Below are positions 30,641 through 33,045 of a stretch of DNA of 33,045 nt, one piece after another. The stretch spans positions 1 through 33,045 of the forward strand of contig DGOT01000085.1 of NCBI GenBank assembly GCA_002389465.1, in the 5' to 3' direction. Both the position numbers and the translations under genes were made by a program. Source of the stretch: Bacteroidales bacterium UBA4459. GTDB taxonomy: Bacteria > Bacteroidota > Bacteroidia > Bacteroidales > F082. The notes below the pieces were generated by a model. It was given only the letters and a program-made list of their open reading frames with translations, had not been told where the DNA came from and made no database searches. Numbering within the stretch: position 1 is the first letter of the stretch; every line of letters begins with the position of its first letter.

Positions 30641-33045
30641 ATGGAGAACGATCTTTTCTTAAATTTTGAAAGAAAAACAGAGGTAAATCAAAGTATAGAG
30701 GAAGGTTCCGAAGAGCGGGGAAACGATTTTTATGAGAAAGTACTGGATAAAAGAAGACAATCGGAAATGAGAGAAGAACAGGTGGAATTTAAAGAAGTCC
30801 ATATTGAGGTTATGGAAAAAAGAGCGGATGAAAAAAGTGCAGACCCGGAAAAAAAAGAAGCCCCTTCAATAAAGCAATATACACATGAAGAAGTTTTAGA
30901 AACTGCCACAGAATATTTTAAAGGTGATGCTCTGGCTGCAAGCGTGTGGATGAATAAATATGCCCTGAAAGACAGTATTGGTAATATTTACGAGCGAACA
31001 CCTGAAGACATGCATCGCAGAATTGCCCGTGAAATTGCCCGGATAGAGCAAAAATACCCCGATCCGTTAAGCGAAGAGGAAATATTTCAGGTGTTCGACA
31101 GGTTTACATACATAATACCGGCAGGAAGCCCGATGGCAGGTATCGGAAATAACTTTCAGATTTCTTCTCTGTCAAATTGTTTTGTAATTGGTAACGACGG
31201 CGATTCCGATTCTTACGGCGGTATCATGAAAACTGACCAGGAGCAGGTACAGCTGATGAAACGCAGAGGCGGCGTGGGCCACGATCTTTCACATATCCGC
31301 CCTACAGGAAGTCCGGTAAAAAATACCGCTTTAACATCTACGGGGGTAGTACCTTTTATGGAGCGATATTCCAATTCAACCAGAGAGGTCGCACAGGACG
31401 GAAGGCGCGGGGCTCTTATGTTAAGTATCAGTGTAAAACATCCTGATTCGGAACGATTTATAGATGCTAAGCTGGAGCAGGGAAAAATCACGGGAGCTAA
31501 TATTTCGGTAAAGCTCGATGATGAATTTATGAAAGCGGTTAAAGATAATAAGCCGTACGTACAACAATTTCCGATCCAGGCTAAAACATCTAAATACGAA
31601 AAAGAAATTAACGCACAGGATTTATGGAAAAAAATAATTCATAATGCCTGGGCTTCGGCTGAACCTGGAATTTTGTTCTGGGACACCGTGATCAATGAAT
31701 CAATCCCTGATAATTATGCCGAACATGGATTTAAAACTGTATCAACAAATCCTTGTGGCGAAATTCCTTTATGTCCTTACGACAGCTGCCGTTTGATTGC
31801 TTTAAATTTGTACAGTTACGTTAAAAATCCCTATACCAAAGAGGCTTACTTCGATGGTGATCAATTTATAAAACATGCCCACATAGCCCAGCGCATTATG
31901 GACGATATTGTTGATCTTGAAGTAGAAAAGGTTGACGCCATCCTGGGTAAAATCAACACCGATCCTGAAGCGGAAGAATTAAAATATGTGGAAAAACGTT
32001 TGTGGGAAAAAATCAAGGAGAAATCAATACAGGGACGCAGAACCGGCATCGGAATAACCGCTGAGGGAGATATGCTTGCTGCTCTGGGCCTTACCTATGG
32101 ATCGGAAAAGGCTATTAGTTTTTCAACGGAAGTGCACAAAATACTGGCTCTGGAAGTTTACCGTTCTTCGGTTGATCTGGCAGAGCAAAGAGGAGCTTTC
32201 CCTATTTTTGATTATAAGAAAGAAGTGGAGAATCCCTTCATTCATAGAATTAAAGAGAATGCGCCTCATGTATATGAGAAAATGAAAATAGTCGGCCGAC
32301 GCAACATTGCCATGCTTACTATTGCGCCTACCGGAAGTGTAAGTATCTGTGCACAAACCAGTTCGGGTATCGAGCCTGTATTTATGGTTGCCTACAAGCG
32401 CCGCCGAAAAGTAAATCCGAATGATAAAAATGTGGTGGTCAGCTTTATAGATGAGGTAGGTGATGCCTGGGAAGAGTATAACGTGTTTCATCCGAAATTT
32501 GAAGTGTGGCTGAATACAAACGGATATGATGTTGAAGAAGTTAAAAATATGCCCGATGACAAGTTGAATGAGGTCATTCAAAAATCGCCATACTACAAAG
32601 CTACTTCAAACGATATCAACTGGGTGAGCAAAGTGAAAATGCAGGGAGAAATCCAGAAATGGGTAGATCATTCCATTAGCGTAACAGTAAACATCCCAAA
32701 TGATGCCACAGAAAATTTGGTAAGCGATATTTATCTGACGGCCTGGGAAAGCGGCTGTAAAGGAATGACTATCTATCGTGACGGCTCCAGGGCAGGTGTT
32801 TTGCTGGAAAAAGATAAGGACGATGATAAAGATGAATTCCGCGAAACCAAAGCACCACCGCGGCCAAAAGTAATAGAAGCCGACATCATTCGTTTCCAGA
32901 ACAATTACGAAAAATGGATGGCGGTTATCGGTACGATTAACAATAAACCGTACGAAATCTTTACCGGAAAAGCAGACGACTTTTACCTCCCACCCGGGAT
33001 TGAAAAAGGCTGGGTTGTGAAAGAGAAAATAAAAGGCAAAACAAC
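30641..33045 (+). CDS. nrdJ: Class II (adenosylcobalamin-dependent) ribonucleotide reductase, 3'-truncated by the window edge
   Basis: This ORF is not in the supplied track because it runs off the window. I translated it by eye from ATG 30641 and spot-checked the first ~850 nt and the last ~220 nt, seeing no in-frame stop there. Motifs: YFKGDALAASVWMNKYALKD, SNCFV, RRGGVGHDLSHIRPTGS, TNPCGEIPL, TIAPTGS. The charged N-terminal ~85 aa leave the exact start uncertain. Confidence 0.85.
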   Translation, partial: MENDLFLNFERKTEVNQSIEEGSEERGNDFYEKVLDKRRQSEMREEQVEFKEVHIEVMEKRADEKSADPEKKEAPSIKQYTHEEVLETATEYFKGDALAASVWMNKYALKDSIGNIYERTPEDMHRRIAREIARIEQKYPDPLSEEEIFQVFDRFTYIIPAGSPMAGIGNNFQISSLSNCFVIGNDGDSDSYGGIMKTDQEQVQLMKRRGGVGHDLSHIRPTGSPVKNTALTSTGVVPFMERYSNSTREVAQDGRRGALMLSISVKHPDSERFIDAKLEQGKITGANISVKLDDEFMKAVKDNKPYVQQFPIQAKTSKYEKEINAQDLWKKIIHNAWASAEPGILFWDTVINESIPDNYAEHGFKTVSTNPCGEIPLCPYDSCRLIALNLYSYVKNPYTKEAYFDGDQFIKHAHIAQRIMDDIVDLEVEKVDAILGKINTDPEAEELKYVEKRLWEKIKEKSIQGRRTGIGITAEGDMLAALGLTYGSEKAISFSTEVHKILALEVYRSSVDLAEQRGAFPIFDYKKEVENPFIHRIKENAPHVYEKMKIVGRRNIAMLTIAPTGSVSICAQTSSGIEPVFMVAYKRRRKVNPNDKNVVVSFIDEVGDAWEEYNVFHPKFEVWLNTNGYDVEEVKNMPDDKLNEVIQKSPYYKATSNDINWVSKVKMQGEIQKWVDHSISVTVNIPNDATENLVSDIYLTAWESGCKGMTIYRDGSRAGVLLEKDKDDDKDEFRETKAPPRPKVIEADIIRFQNNYEKWMAVIGTINNKPYEIFTGKADDFYLPPGIEKGWVVKEKIKGKT

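Noticed and set aside
2257-32581. Numerous 60-150-aa ORFs overlapping or antisense to the long genes (e.g. 1063..1329-, 2257..2493-, 6087..6392-, 9840..10163-, 10509..10856-, 15231..15617+, 18387..18839+, 19803..20192-, 26186..26593-, 31213..31491-, 32123..32581-)
   Set aside because: All lie within or opposite longer ORFs that carry clear family motifs. They have odd composition and no independent start context, so I treat them as shadow ORFs.
1-33045. Search for tRNA, rRNA, tmRNA, transposase/integrase, restriction-modification, toxin-antitoxin, Cas, retron or other defence genes
   Set aside because: None was recognisable by eye in any frame or intergenic gap. Apart from the non-coding island, the window appears to be core chromosome.

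Overview
This 33-kb chromosomal segment looks like Bacteroidota. Two secreted proteins carry type-A T9SS C-terminal sorting domains, TAnnTTTG -7 promoter boxes precede many genes, and all five predicted signal-peptidase-I substrates have Gln at +1. I call 29 protein-coding genes, mostly housekeeping. They include trpS, hflX, lnt, a Dus-family enzyme, a polyprenyl synthase, a 3'-truncated class II ribonucleotide reductase, a KAS III enzyme and a cold-shock-domain protein. There is also a redox set (OxyR divergent from a 1-Cys peroxiredoxin, two TlpA-like thioredoxins, a nitroreductase). Two two-component systems are present: a LiaF-like/LytS-type kinase/LytTR regulator module and a PhoR/OmpR-like pair. 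Envelope genes include two small beta-barrel OMPs, a GT9 glycosyltransferase, an M28/glutaminyl-cyclase-like lipoprotein and a 1099-aa PD40-propeller/Omp85-barrel fusion. I saw no rRNA, tRNA, CRISPR array, transposase, integrase, reverse transcriptase or recognisable defence gene. The most unusual stretch is a 951-bp non-coding island (11484-12434) between two convergent genes. It is bracketed by a 41/42-nt direct repeat and packed with long imperfect hairpins, so it may be a decayed or non-autonomous mobile element, a palindromic-repeat cluster or structured RNA. Other points worth a second look: a LytTR-style 9-bp direct-repeat pair upstream of the LiaF-like operon; a GC-normal non-coding block (about 170-540) embedded in AT-rich DNA; a compositionally mosaic LRR/T9SS gene; several -7 boxes only 4-8 nt from start codons, which implies leaderless mRNAs; and the unusual Omp85 fusion. 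All functional calls rest on motif recognition by eye, with no database search.
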